Below are positions 19,637-28,921 of a stretch of DNA of 64,000 nt, piece by piece. A program made the translations under genes and the position numbers. The stretch covers positions 18,357 through 82,356 of the IMG/VR virus record IMGVR_UViG_2974717242_000001, one strand, 5' to 3'. The stretch comes from Bongovirus reindeer. Taxonomy: Duplodnaviria > Heunggongvirae > Uroviricota > Caudoviricetes > Vilmaviridae. Under the pieces are notes generated by a model, which did not search any database, was not told the origin of the DNA, and worked only from the letters and a program-made list of their open reading frames with translations. Within the stretch, counting starts at the first letter, position 1, and the number at the start of each line of letters is the position of its first letter.

Positions 19637-20103
19637 TTTCAGAATGGGTATCTCTTTAGAGAAGGAAGTATCTAATAAAATCCCACCACGTCCCCCGGCT
19701 GGGGGACGCTGCTCACGTACCGTAGGGGGTAGTCGCAACACATCCGTGTTGCTCCGGTCGCGCTCACTGCGTTCGCACTGTCCTTTTATGACCTTAGCGG
19801 GGCTCTGACCTGCGATTACAGGAAGCCGCGCACGCGACCTGCGGTTTTGCACGACTCGGCAAGCTGCAACCAGGAAAACTCTCAGAAAATTCTCAGAATC
19901 AAGCTGGGAGTTTGTGGGATTACAGGGAGCCGCTACACTAGACTCTGCGTGGGCTCGCGAGAGGTTGGTATTCCCTTCCCCCTCAGCGAGCGCGGCACCG
20001 AAGCTCACGACTGGCCAGGTGCCCCTCCCCTGGGGGTCGTGTCCCAGGGGAGCCCAAGTCGATCTCCTGTAATCACCCTGAGCCCATTGCCACACTATGT
20101 GGC

Positions 20104-20454
20104 GTGAAAAACGACTTCGGCCAGGACATCACCATCGGGTCCATCGTGGGCCTCGGAATCCGCTCCGGAGACGGCAGCGAGCAGCGCGTCGGCATCGTGC
20201 TGGAACTCTTCCAAGCCGACACGTGGCACGGCAAGCCTGAGTGGAAAGCCAAGTGCGCCTGGTGGATCCCACGCGGAAAGTACGACCGCGCCACCATGTC
20301 CTATGTCGGCAAGGTCATGATCTCCAACCAGAAGTTCCGATTCTTCCTCCTCGATGAGGCCAGCCTCGACCCCAACATCCTCCAACAGCTGGACGACGCC
20401 TACACCAAGTACATGCTCGACACGAAGCAGGCCAGTGAGTTCATCCCCAGCTGA
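20104..20454 (+). CDS. hypothetical protein (first rightward early gene)
   Basis: 116 aa, GTG start with no clear RBS (possibly leaderless). Three stoperator-like sites lie within 300 bp upstream. Confidence 0.5.
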   Translation: MKNDFGQDITIGSIVGLGIRSGDGSEQRVGIVLELFQADTWHGKPEWKAKCAWWIPRGKYDRATMSYVGKVMISNQKFRFFLLDEASLDPNILQQLDDAYTKYMLDTKQASEFIPS

Positions 20455-20476
20455 AGTACTCACAGACCGCAACCGA

Positions 20477-20698
20477 ATGCTGGAGTTGCTGTGGGAGATG
20501 GACAACGAGCTGAGAAGCTGGCATGCCAGTGGCACGTGGAAAAGTGGGCAAACCGGCGACCAACTCGCTGCCATCTACAAAAAGATGGACCAACGCCACA
20601 TACTTGCACAGGAGTTGCGGGAGATTGGGTGTGCCCCATGGGATTTCCATCCCCGCCGCGATAACAGCTGGCTAGTCGGCCCCAGAAGTAGGGCCTGA
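20477..20698 (+). CDS. hypothetical protein
   Basis: 73 aa from internal ATG of track ORF 20354-20698. The upstream part overlaps the previous gene. Confidence 0.4.
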   Translation: MLELLWEMDNELRSWHASGTWKSGQTGDQLAAIYKKMDQRHILAQELREIGCAPWDFHPRRDNSWLVGPRSRA

Positions 20699-20714
20699 CC
20701 AGCGATTACAGAAC

Positions 20715-20734
20715 CGTTGTACCTTGGTACAACG
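20715..20734. promoter_or_regulatory. 20-bp perfect palindrome CGTTGTACC-TT-GGTACAACG abutting start codon
   Basis: 9-bp inverted repeat immediately 5' of ATG 20735 and 3' of a stoperator-like site. Confidence 0.4.
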
Positions 20735-21061
20735 ATGGGTACAAACAAGCTGAAGCGTTTCGCGCGCAAGCACAACGCGGTCCTCACCGACGATCCGGAC
20801 GGACTGCTCTCAGCCCTGCAGATCACCAAACGCCTTGTCACCGAGGCGAACAAGGACGGCGCACCACTCTCCGTGGCATCTGCCCTTGATCAGGCGCTCA
20901 TCATGGCAGCGCCCAAGGATACCGTCCGGACCTGGTGGTCTGCCCTCCGCGTCATCATCCGCCACAACGAGCCGGGGAAGTCGAACCTGGCCGTACTCGC
21001 GGACGCAATTTCCGACCAGGGCAAGGTCAATGCCCGCATCAAGAAAAGGATTGCCGCATGA
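20735..21061 (+). CDS. hypothetical protein
   Basis: 108 aa, basic N-terminus KLKRFARKHN. Confidence 0.5.
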   Translation: MGTNKLKRFARKHNAVLTDDPDGLLSALQITKRLVTEANKDGAPLSVASALDQALIMAAPKDTVRTWWSALRVIIRHNEPGKSNLAVLADAISDQGKVNARIKKRIAA

Positions 21062-21231
21062 CCGGAGTCACCACACTACTCGTCATCCTGTTCTTCATCC
21101 TGAAGCTCGTCGGCGTCAACCCCATCGATGACTGGTCCTGGTGGATGGTGTTCTCGCCGTGGCTCGTTGAGCTGGGCATCGCCGTCGTCGCTGGCGTCAT
21201 CCTCGGCATCGTCCGCATCTTCTCGGACTGA
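21058..21231 (+). CDS. small membrane protein (2 TM)
   Basis: ATGA overlap. 57 aa: MTGVTTLLVILFFILKLVGV...IAVVAGVILGIVRIF. Confidence 0.5.
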   Translation: MTGVTTLLVILFFILKLVGVNPIDDWSWWMVFSPWLVELGIAVVAGVILGIVRIFSD

Positions 21232-21313
21232 GCATCCCCACCTACCCGATTTCTCCAGCCTGGGCGGCAGTCATCGCCGTCTGCGCCTACCTCTACATGC
21301 GATTGGTTGACTG

Positions 21314-22054
21314 ATGAGCACTGACACGAATGTCCTCTTCGCTTCCGCTGAGACTCCGTACGTCTCACGGATCCCCAATGGGATTGGGCCCGAACTGGCT
21401 GCCGCTCTCGTCGCCGCCCAGGCCGAGTTCGGGGCCGTCGCAAAGGGCACCGCAAACCCTTTTTTCAAGAGCAAGTACGCCGACCTCCCGGCCGTCAAGG
21501 CTGAAGCACAGCCGGTCCTGGCCAAGCACGGCCTGGCCGTCACCCAGCACCCCGGCTACACGGTGATCGACGGCAAGATCCACGACACCCTCACCACGAA
21601 GGTCGTGCACACCAGTGGGCAGGCCGACGAGTCGACCATGATCCTGCGCCCCGTCAAGTCCGACCCGCAGGCCCAGGGATCCGCCATCACCTACGCCAAG
21701 CGGTACGCGTTCATGGCTGTGCTGGGCCTGGTGGCCGACGAAGACGACGACGGCAACGCAGCATCCGGCCGCAGCAAGGCACCGGCGCGCAACAAGCCTG
21801 CCGCCAAGGGCAACCCGAACGGCGAAGGCCTCGGCAACCCTGAGGTGGCGAAGGTCATCAACCGCGTGAAGGCGGCGATCAAGTCAGCGGGCAAGGCCCC
21901 GAAGGATGCACAGAACTTCTTCGCCGAGCAGTACCCGAACGGCGGGTCGCTGATCGCGTCGACTGATGTGGCGGCGCTGACGGCGGTCGCTGAGCACTTC
22001 GAGGCCCTCGCCAATGCTGCAGGTGCCCTCGGCGGCACCGAGGTCAGCGAGTGA
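21314..22054 (+). CDS. single-strand annealing protein (ERF-like recombinase)
   Basis: 246 aa. ITYAKRYAF motif, acidic and Gly-rich C-terminal tail. Followed by a PD-(D/E)XK exonuclease gene. Confidence 0.55.
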   Translation: MSTDTNVLFASAETPYVSRIPNGIGPELAAALVAAQAEFGAVAKGTANPFFKSKYADLPAVKAEAQPVLAKHGLAVTQHPGYTVIDGKIHDTLTTKVVHTSGQADESTMILRPVKSDPQAQGSAITYAKRYAFMAVLGLVADEDDDGNAASGRSKAPARNKPAAKGNPNGEGLGNPEVAKVINRVKAAIKSAGKAPKDAQNFFAEQYPNGGSLIASTDVAALTAVAEHFEALANAAGALGGTEVSE

Positions 22055-22209
22055 GGTTCCTCGCGGGCCTGTTGTTCATCATCGCTGGCGGGCTGTCAGT
22101 GATGGCGGTGCGCACCATCAGCACGGACGACCCACCTCCCGAGGTGGTTCCGTACATCATCGGTGGCCTGCTGGCCGGTGCAGGGTTCGTCTTGGCGTTG
22201 GCCGACTGA
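22051..22209 (+). CDS. small membrane protein (52 aa, below track cutoff)
   Basis: GTGA overlap with SSAP stop. VRFLAGLLFIIAGGLSV...IIGGLLAGAGFVLALAD. Confidence 0.4.
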   Translation: MRFLAGLLFIIAGGLSVMAVRTISTDDPPPEVVPYIIGGLLAGAGFVLALAD

Positions 22210-22329
22210 TGTCCGTGGATCTCGCAGGCCTCATCGTCTGCCTCATCTTCCTCATTCTGATGTTCTACTGACCTTAGAAGGTGTCCCATTACCGACTGGA
22301 GCATTCCGCGCGACAAGTATGGACGGCCC

Positions 22330-23190
22330 ATGCTGTTCCCCCCAGAGGGTGGGAATCGGGTCGCCTACTCGCGGTGCTCCACGCTGGCCAAGGACATCGA
22401 CAAGGCCAGTGATGGGCTGTTCGCTTATTACCAAGCGAACGCAATGCTCGGTCTCGCGGCAAACCCATCGCTCATGTCCCGCGTCAAGGCGATCCTCGCC
22501 AAGGGCGGCAACTGGGATCGCAATAAGGGTGAGCTGAAAGAGATCGCGAAGAACGCCGAAATCATCGGAGGGTCGCAGAACAAGGCTGACCGTGGAACGA
22601 GCATTCATGACTTCGCCGAGGCGGTGGAGCTGGACACCCTCGATTGGAGCCTGGTCCCTGAGGACCTAAAGGGTGCAGTGGATGGATACCACAAGTATGT
22701 GGCATCGAGTCCTCATATCAAGTTCGTTGGCCGGGAGCTGTTTCTTGCTGTCAACGTCCCCATGAAGACGCCTACCGGCAACGCCTTCGTTCTCCGCGCT
22801 GCCGGTTCCGCAGATCGGATTGTCGAGATCGACGGCAAGCGGTACATGGCCGACATCAAGACCGGCCGTGACGATCAGTACCGGATGGGCGTGTCTGGCC
22901 AGCTAGCTCTCTACACCGAGGGGCAGCTGTACCAGGATTCGGTGGTTCGCCAGAACATCGACTGGGCTGAGTGGTATCCGAACGCTGACGGCAAGGCCGA
23001 ATTCGCCTCGCACGAATGCGATTATGAGGAGGCCGTCATGCTGCATTGCCCTCAGCAGCCCGATGACTGGGGGAGGTGGCAGTGGAAGGTTCTGCTGGTT
23101 CCGCTGGAGCGTGGTCGCCAGATCATCCGGTGTGGCCAGTGGGCCCGCAAGCTGCGTTACGTTCCCGCGTTCCGGGAGGTGCGACTGTGA
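22330..23190 (+). CDS. PD-(D/E)XK exonuclease (RecB/Cas4-like)
   Basis: 286 aa. GTSIHDFAE ... IVEIDGKRYMADIKTGR matches D-x(n)-E/D-x-K nuclease core. Partner of upstream SSAP. Confidence 0.65.
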   Translation: MLFPPEGGNRVAYSRCSTLAKDIDKASDGLFAYYQANAMLGLAANPSLMSRVKAILAKGGNWDRNKGELKEIAKNAEIIGGSQNKADRGTSIHDFAEAVELDTLDWSLVPEDLKGAVDGYHKYVASSPHIKFVGRELFLAVNVPMKTPTGNAFVLRAAGSADRIVEIDGKRYMADIKTGRDDQYRMGVSGQLALYTEGQLYQDSVVRQNIDWAEWYPNADGKAEFASHECDYEEAVMLHCPQQPDDWGRWQWKVLLVPLERGRQIIRCGQWARKLRYVPAFREVRL

Positions 23191-23501
23191 CAGCGATTGA
23201 GCAGCAGCTGACAGCCATCCTGGTGGCCGACGAAGGCGACGCCGTCTACTGCCTGCGGACGGAGCCCGATGTGGAGATCGGCGGCTTCAAGCATGTCGAT
23301 GTCGAAGAGGGCGAGGACCGGCGCTGGGTGCGTGGCGACATGGTCATCGTGCAGCACGTCGAGTCGGGTCGGTACTTCGCGTTCGACTACGACCACGGCC
23401 TGACTGAGTATCAGGATGACGAGGTGTTCCCCGATTCGGTGCGGGAGGTCGAGAAGACCACCAAGACGGTCGAGGTGACGATCTGGAAGCGGGTTAAGTG
23501 A
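23187..23501 (+). CDS. hypothetical protein
   Basis: GTGA overlap start. Track ORF starts further upstream at 23076. Confidence 0.5.
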   Translation: MTAIEQQLTAILVADEGDAVYCLRTEPDVEIGGFKHVDVEEGEDRRWVRGDMVIVQHVESGRYFAFDYDHGLTEYQDDEVFPDSVREVEKTTKTVEVTIWKRVK

Positions 23502-24091
23502 GCGGTGAGCACACCGGGTGCACCGATTCGGACGACACCACCTATGTGGTGTGTGAGGACGAGGACGGCACCGATGTCATCCGGTATTTCTTCCGTGGCT
23601 ACATTGATGACTCGACGGTTTCCCCACTGATCGAGACGTTCTACTACTGGGATGGGCATTACCCCGGTTCCCGGTGGGAGATCGACATCAATTCACCTGG
23701 TGGGGAGATCTTCCCGTCTATCGCGGTGTTCGGCGCTCTGCGTAGGTACAGCCAGCGAATGGGTGGGGCCCACCACATCACCACCCGCGCGTCTGGCTTG
23801 GCCGCTTCTGGTGGCGAGTTGATGCTGCAGGCTGGCGATCATCGTGTCGCTGGCCTGATGGACGCGATCATGATCCATGAACCGTTGTGCTCGTACGAGG
23901 ATCGCGCGGTCACGCAGATTCGTGACGATCTGGCTCGTGCTGAAGAGTGGACTCGCCGACTAGCGAAGGTTCACGCGGAACGGTCCAGCATCGATGAGGA
24001 AACGTTCCTCGCGAAGCTCAGGCTGGGGGACTGGTGGATGTATGCGGATGAGGCGCTGGAGCTGGGCTTCATTGATGAGGTGCTGCCGTGA
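23498..24091 (+). CDS. ClpP-like serine peptidase (S14 family)
   Basis: GTGA overlap. INSPGGEI and GLAASGGELM motifs correspond to ClpP SPGG and catalytic Ser region. 197 aa. Confidence 0.65.
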   Translation: MSGEHTGCTDSDDTTYVVCEDEDGTDVIRYFFRGYIDDSTVSPLIETFYYWDGHYPGSRWEIDINSPGGEIFPSIAVFGALRRYSQRMGGAHHITTRASGLAASGGELMLQAGDHRVAGLMDAIMIHEPLCSYEDRAVTQIRDDLARAEEWTRRLAKVHAERSSIDEETFLAKLRLGDWWMYADEALELGFIDEVLP

Positions 24092-24303
24092 GCTGCCGCT
24101 GCATCAATCGCACACCGCCGACGCAGACTCAGTATGGCGTCAAGCTCATCGAGTCGGGCCGGATTGAATGGCCGTACAACGGCGAGCTGGGCACCAAGGA
24201 GTGGGCGTTTGAACTTGCGACCCGCTACAACTATGTCCACAACAAGCGCGTTGCGGTACCTGTGGAACGCGAGGTTGGGGTCATTATTCAGGAGTCTTGG
24301 TGA
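24088..24303 (+). CDS. hypothetical protein
   Basis: GTGA overlap, 71 aa. Confidence 0.5.
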   Translation: MSCRCINRTPPTQTQYGVKLIESGRIEWPYNGELGTKEWAFELATRYNYVHNKRVAVPVEREVGVIIQESW

Positions 24304-24689
24304 GCGGCTGGGATGACGACCAGGATTGGGTGCCAACAGATCTCACGCCGATGGCGTTGGATCGCCTGCTGGACCGCAATTCCTATCTGATGGACAAGTG
24401 GGACCGCATGATGTCCTGGCATATGGCCCAGCGGAAGTGGCGGCACGACGAGTTCGTCAAAGCTGAAGCGAAGGCCGTCATGAAGTACGCGGGACCGGCC
24501 ACGAAGGCGAAGTTCGCTGCGGCCGAGGATCCCGATGTGATCATGGCGCGGACCCACCTGTCAATCGCTGAGGCGCAGCTCGGGATTTGTGAGCGGCGGT
24601 TGCACGCGTTGGAGCGTGAAGCATTCAACTTGGGGATGCGAAACAAGGTGCTGGACAAGGTGTTCAACAACGGAGGCGGGAGCTACTAG
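24300..24689 (+). CDS. hypothetical protein
   Basis: GTGA overlap (GTG at 24300), 129 aa, coiled-coil C-terminus. Confidence 0.5.
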   Translation: MSGWDDDQDWVPTDLTPMALDRLLDRNSYLMDKWDRMMSWHMAQRKWRHDEFVKAEAKAVMKYAGPATKAKFAAAEDPDVIMARTHLSIAEAQLGICERRLHALEREAFNLGMRNKVLDKVFNNGGGSY

Positions 24690-25030
24690 TGGACGAAGAT
24701 AAGCTTGTGAACGAGATCGGCCTCAAGTATCCGCTGCCGTTCATCCTCGCGGAGCAGCCCCGCATGATGCTGAACTTCTTGGCCCAGCACAGCAACATTC
24801 CTGACGCGTATCGGGACATGATCGCGGCGTGGCTGCTGGAGTACAACGTCGCGCTGACCCAATTCATGCTGGAGCACTACGGCGAGGAGGGCGCGGAGGA
24901 GGCCAACCTGTACGCCGTCGCGATGGCCGCTGTGTTCCTGGATGCTGTGGCTGCCGAGCGTAAGGCTGCGGACCAGGCGATGTTCGACGGTCTTGAGCGG
25001 GATGTCTTCGGCGATGGCGTACCCGAGTAG
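24689..25030 (+). CDS. hypothetical protein
   Basis: GTG start overlapping TAG stop by 1 nt, 113 aa. Confidence 0.5.
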   Translation: MDEDKLVNEIGLKYPLPFILAEQPRMMLNFLAQHSNIPDAYRDMIAAWLLEYNVALTQFMLEHYGEEGAEEANLYAVAMAAVFLDAVAAERKAADQAMFDGLERDVFGDGVPE

Positions 25031-25349
25031 TTCGCCGTCGATCCCCGCGCAGATCGGGGAGTTGGTGTACGCGGCCCTGGGCTACACCCTGAACCACATC
25101 GACATGCATGGCTCGATGCCGATGGATATGCGGCGGAACATGCGGAAGGTGTTGCAGGCCTATGACCGTGACCGTACTGCGGCGTTGAATCGTCGCGGTG
25201 TGCCGACCGTGGTGGTGCAGAAGTACAAGGCGGCGGCGTCGGAGAAGTTGGCCGAGTGGCTGGATAAGCAGTCCGATCAGGTCGAGGTCGATGAGTCTGA
25301 TTTTGAGCAGTGGGCGAAGGAGCTGACCAGTGGCGACAGCGATTCTTAA
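25014..25349 (+). CDS. hypothetical protein
   Basis: 111 aa from ATG 25014. Track ORF starts earlier at 24942. Confidence 0.4.
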   Translation: MAYPSSSPSIPAQIGELVYAALGYTLNHIDMHGSMPMDMRRNMRKVLQAYDRDRTAALNRRGVPTVVVQKYKAAASEKLAEWLDKQSDQVEVDESDFEQWAKELTSGDSDS

Positions 25350-25803
25350 AATCCGTGGGCCCTACGGGCCGGATGGCACGCAGGGCGAAGATGGCGTCGA
25401 GCGGTACAACGACGAAGTCGCCACCCCGTACGGACTGCTGGGGGATCTTCGGGTTCATGACGAGGACGGCAAGCGGTACATCACGAAGGCCGACGATGTC
25501 GTTCTGATCCGGCGCGGCTTCCCTGACGAGTGGACACCGGGTTCGCTGCAGGGCGCGGCAATGTCGACCAACGTGTTGGGTTTCACCATGTTCCGGCTGG
25601 AGGTCGAGAACGGGTTCGTCACCTACCACGTGCTGGACGATGACCTCCGATGGGAGGACGACTTCGACGGTGTCGAAAGTTCGCTGGCGAACTACCAGCT
25701 GGGGATCCGCGCCGAGCACCAGTGGACCCCGGTGTTCGACCCTCCCGGAAAGTACAAGCATGAGGTCATCACCCGTGACTTGAAGTTGGTGGATCCCAAG
25801 TGA
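25330..25803 (+). CDS. hypothetical protein
   Basis: GTG start, 157 aa. Confidence 0.5.
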   Translation: MATAILKIRGPYGPDGTQGEDGVERYNDEVATPYGLLGDLRVHDEDGKRYITKADDVVLIRRGFPDEWTPGSLQGAAMSTNVLGFTMFRLEVENGFVTYHVLDDDLRWEDDFDGVESSLANYQLGIRAEHQWTPVFDPPGKYKHEVITRDLKLVDPK

Positions 25804-26021
25804 TCATCTACGTCGCGCATGCGAAGAGCGACTCGGGTGACGACTACTACTTCGTGGGCAAGTCTGAGGCCGAGGTCAACACGCAGATCCTGGATGTGGC
25901 CCGCTTGGGGTGGGGCGACGACCATCCGGATTTCGCGCCGGATCCGGACTACGGCATTCACACGTACGACGACTGGCTGATGGACGCCTTCCAGGTCCAC
26001 ATGGAGAAGTTCGAGCTGTGA
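25800..26021 (+). CDS. hypothetical protein
   Basis: GTGA overlap, 73 aa, acidic. Confidence 0.5.
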   Translation: MIIYVAHAKSDSGDDYYFVGKSEAEVNTQILDVARLGWGDDHPDFAPDPDYGIHTYDDWLMDAFQVHMEKFEL

Positions 26022-26230
26022 CACTGAAGTGGTTGCAGCCGTGGATGTATCGCGGTAAGCATCGCGGGAAGTTCCCGTACCACTGCCCCGATGAGGTGTG
26101 TATCCGGATCAAGTTCTGGCTCCACGGTTCGCATGTGGCGATGGGGCGCGGGGTGAGTCATCGGCCCGCCAGCCGTCGCAGCTTCGAGCCGCTCGATCCG
26201 GACGCACCGTACTGCCTTTACCGTGAATGA
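26018..26230 (+). CDS. hypothetical protein
   Basis: GTGA overlap start inside track ORF 25910-26230, 70 aa. Confidence 0.4.
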   Translation: MTLKWLQPWMYRGKHRGKFPYHCPDEVCIRIKFWLHGSHVAMGRGVSHRPASRRSFEPLDPDAPYCLYRE

Positions 26231-26633
26231 AAAACGCTGCAGGGCAATTGTTCTCGAACGATGCGGAGGGTTGTGTGAGAGGTGTGGACGCGGTGGACCC
26301 GTCACCATGCACCACCGGAAGAAACGAGGACAAGGTGGGCCCTGGGAACCCTGGAACATCGTCGCGCTGTGCGGACATGGAACAACTGGCTGCCATGGCT
26401 GGGTGGAAGCTAACCCCCTGGCAGCTCACGCTACTGGCTGGCATGTTCGACCGTGGGAAGACCCACGTGACATCCGCCCCGTCCCAATATGGGAGACGGG
26501 GCTTCGAGGCGGATCTGGTGATCCTGGACGAGGCTCTGACCAGCAAGAACGCTTCCTGTATTCACCCTCCGAGGCGTCTTATTCTGAGTACGTCGAAGTG
26601 AGCGATCACTGGTTTGACATTGACCCCGAATGA
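26223..26633 (+). CDS. HNH endonuclease
   Basis: CERCG ... MHHRKKRGQGGPWEPWNIVALCGHGTTGCHGW is a Cys-His HNH box. 136 aa. Confidence 0.6.
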   Translation: MNEKRCRAIVLERCGGLCERCGRGGPVTMHHRKKRGQGGPWEPWNIVALCGHGTTGCHGWVEANPLAAHATGWHVRPWEDPRDIRPVPIWETGLRGGSGDPGRGSDQQERFLYSPSEASYSEYVEVSDHWFDIDPE

Positions 26634-26643
26634 AACGAGAGAC

Positions 26644-27090
26644 ATGGCCCTGACACTTCCCGTCGTCACCATCGAAGGCACTCTGACGGCCGACCCGACC
26701 CTGAACTTCACGCAGGGCGGCACTGCGGTGTCGAACATCAGCATCGCGTGCAACACGCGCCGGAAGAACCCGCAGACCGACCAGTGGGAGGACGGCGACA
26801 CCACGTATGTGCGTGGAACCATCTGGAAGCAGCTGGCGGAGAACGTCGCCGAGTCGCTGCAGAAGGGTGACCGTGTCATCGCGCATGGCGCTCTGAAGCA
26901 GAAGGACTACGAGAAGGACGGCGTGAAGCGCACCTCCTACGAGCTGGACATCGAGGGCATCGGCCCGTCGCTTCGGTTCGCGACCGCGTCGGTGTCCAAG
27001 AACTCGGGTGGCGGTGGGGGATCCCGCCAACAGCAGCCCGCGAGTGATCCTTGGGGCGGCGGTTCTGAGGACTGGGGCGGCGGCTTCTGA
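26644..27090 (+). CDS. ssb: single-stranded DNA-binding protein
   Basis: OB-fold-like N-terminus, Gly-rich linker and acidic/aromatic tip SEDWGGGF. Placed directly before the replication genes. Confidence 0.65.
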   Translation: MALTLPVVTIEGTLTADPTLNFTQGGTAVSNISIACNTRRKNPQTDQWEDGDTTYVRGTIWKQLAENVAESLQKGDRVIAHGALKQKDYEKDGVKRTSYELDIEGIGPSLRFATASVSKNSGGGGGSRQQQPASDPWGGGSEDWGGGF

Positions 27091-27170
27091 TCTGACCGGT
27101 GTGAAGGGCCGGTGCCACTTTATGTTTGGCACCGGCCCTTCGTGTCTCACGATCACGACGAGGAGGAGCC

Positions 27171-27728
27171 TTGGCACGACCAACCCCTGCGCAGTTGCGC
27201 AAGAAACACCAGTCCACGTTCGAGCAGTTCTGGTCTGCATACCCGCGCCACACGCACATCAACGAAGCCCAGAAGGTGTGGGCCGAACTGATGGAAGACG
27301 GCTACGACCCGAACCAGATCATCGGCGCGGCAAGGCGTTACTCAGCCAATGTGGCCGGTACTGACATGAAGTATGTGCCAGGGCCCCACAATTGGCTGAG
27401 GGCAGGCCAGTACGACGACGCCGACCTCTTCCAGGATGAGCGTCAGGCGCAGATCTCGTGGCTCAAGCAGATGTGGAAGACCGCCAACGTCAAGGCCGTC
27501 GAGGACCGCTTCCATGTCACGATGCCGAAACAGTACCCGCCCGATGACATCACCGAGCCTGACGCGGTCGCGTTCTGGTACCGCACACAGGCTCAGGCCT
27601 GGATCTTTGAGATGTACAAGGAGAAGTACGAGAAGTGCCAGACGGCAACCAGCCAGCCTACGACGAGCGAGCCGAGCAGAGCGTTCTCGGCGCAATCCTC
27701 CACAACCCAGATGTCTTTGGAGATCTGA
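27171..27728 (+). CDS. hypothetical protein (possible replication initiation / helicase-loader)
   Basis: TTG start after RBS GAGGAGGA. Precedes dnaB and overlaps it by about 94 nt. Function unassigned. Confidence 0.4.
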   Translation: MARPTPAQLRKKHQSTFEQFWSAYPRHTHINEAQKVWAELMEDGYDPNQIIGAARRYSANVAGTDMKYVPGPHNWLRAGQYDDADLFQDERQAQISWLKQMWKTANVKAVEDRFHVTMPKQYPPDDITEPDAVAFWYRTQAQAWIFEMYKEKYEKCQTATSQPTTSEPSRAFSAQSSTTQMSLEI

Positions 27729-28921
27729 AGAAGCTTAAGGCTGAGCACTTCTTCCTTCCGGCCCATGAGGTCATTTTCGCGACGTTGAGCCAAATGTACG
27801 CGGATTCCCAGAAGATCGACTCGATCACGGTTTTCGCGAAGCTATCGGAGAACCAGGATCTGCGTCGGGTCGGCGGGGCCCCGTATTTGGCTGATCTGTT
27901 GCAGGCGTTCAAGTCTGCGCAGAACGTCGCTGCGTACGCCGACATTGTCATCGACAAGTGGCGGATCCGGCAGATCAACTCGTTGGGGCAGCGGTTCCAG
28001 TCAATCGCCACCAGCACCAACGAGGTTGATGCGGCTCTTGATGCTGCCCGACGCTTCCTCGATGAGGTGGACGAGCAGCAAGACCTGGATGCCATCAATT
28101 TCCGTGACCTGTACCAGGTGTGGACTGAGGCGCAGGAGGATGACCGTCCAGCCATTGAGACCCCGTTTGTGGGCCTGAATGACCGTCTGGCGGGCGGATT
28201 TCACCGCCAGCGCCTCTATGTCATCGGTGCCCGTCCCGGCTGCGGTAAGACGATCCTGGGGGCCCAATGCGCCCTCTACGCGGCGCAGCTGCACCACCGG
28301 GCGCTGATCTTCTCCCTGGAGTTGTCCAAGGAGGATCTGATGGGTCGGATCCTGGCGTGTGGTGCCCGCGCGAACTATGGGGAGATCACCGCCAAGCGGA
28401 TGTCGGCTGAGACGTTGGCGAAGGTGAGCCGGTGGGCGAGCGCCGCAGCGAATCTGACCCTTGAGGTGGATGACCGTCCGGATCACACCATCGAGTCGAT
28501 TGCGCAGGCGTGCCGGATCAAGAAGCAGCGCGAGGGCTTGGATTTCGTGTTCATCGACTATCTGCAGTTGGTGGAGCAGTCGAAGGGCCAGAACCGTGTT
28601 GAGGCGGTCGATCATATGGCGTCTCGTGCCCGCCAGATCGCCCGAAAGTTGGACTGTGTGGTGGTCGTGGCCGCGCAGCTTAACCGCAAGATCGAGGACA
28701 ACGGTGGCAAGCCGCGCCTGCCCACCAAGTCTGATTTCCGTGAGTCCGGCGGCATCGAGCAGACCGCTGATGCCGCGCTCGTCCTCTCGCGACCAGTGGA
28801 TGAGAACGGTGAGGAGGCCGACAAGATGCCCATGATGAACTTGACACTTGTCAAAAATAGGACCGGCGTCGAGGGCACGATGCAGTTGAGGGAGCGCTTC
28901 GATATGGCGTGCTTCCAGTGA
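27635..28921 (+). CDS. dnaB: DnaB-like replicative helicase
   Basis: N-terminal AEQSVLGAIL, Walker A GARPGCGKT, and FIDYLQL and AAQLNR motifs typical of DnaB family. 428 aa. Confidence 0.8.
   Translation: MPDGNQPAYDERAEQSVLGAILHNPDVFGDLKKLKAEHFFLPAHEVIFATLSQMYADSQKIDSITVFAKLSENQDLRRVGGAPYLADLLQAFKSAQNVAAYADIVIDKWRIRQINSLGQRFQSIATSTNEVDAALDAARRFLDEVDEQQDLDAINFRDLYQVWTEAQEDDRPAIETPFVGLNDRLAGGFHRQRLYVIGARPGCGKTILGAQCALYAAQLHHRALIFSLELSKEDLMGRILACGARANYGEITAKRMSAETLAKVSRWASAAANLTLEVDDRPDHTIESIAQACRIKKQREGLDFVFIDYLQLVEQSKGQNRVEAVDHMASRARQIARKLDCVVVVAAQLNRKIEDNGGKPRLPTKSDFRESGGIEQTADAALVLSRPVDENGEEADKMPMMNLTLVKNRTGVEGTMQLRERFDMACFQ

Noticed and set aside
19622-20095. 157-aa minus-strand ORF across the divergent control region
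   Set aside because: Spans hairpins, palindromes and three stoperator-like sites. No RBS. Composition atypical.
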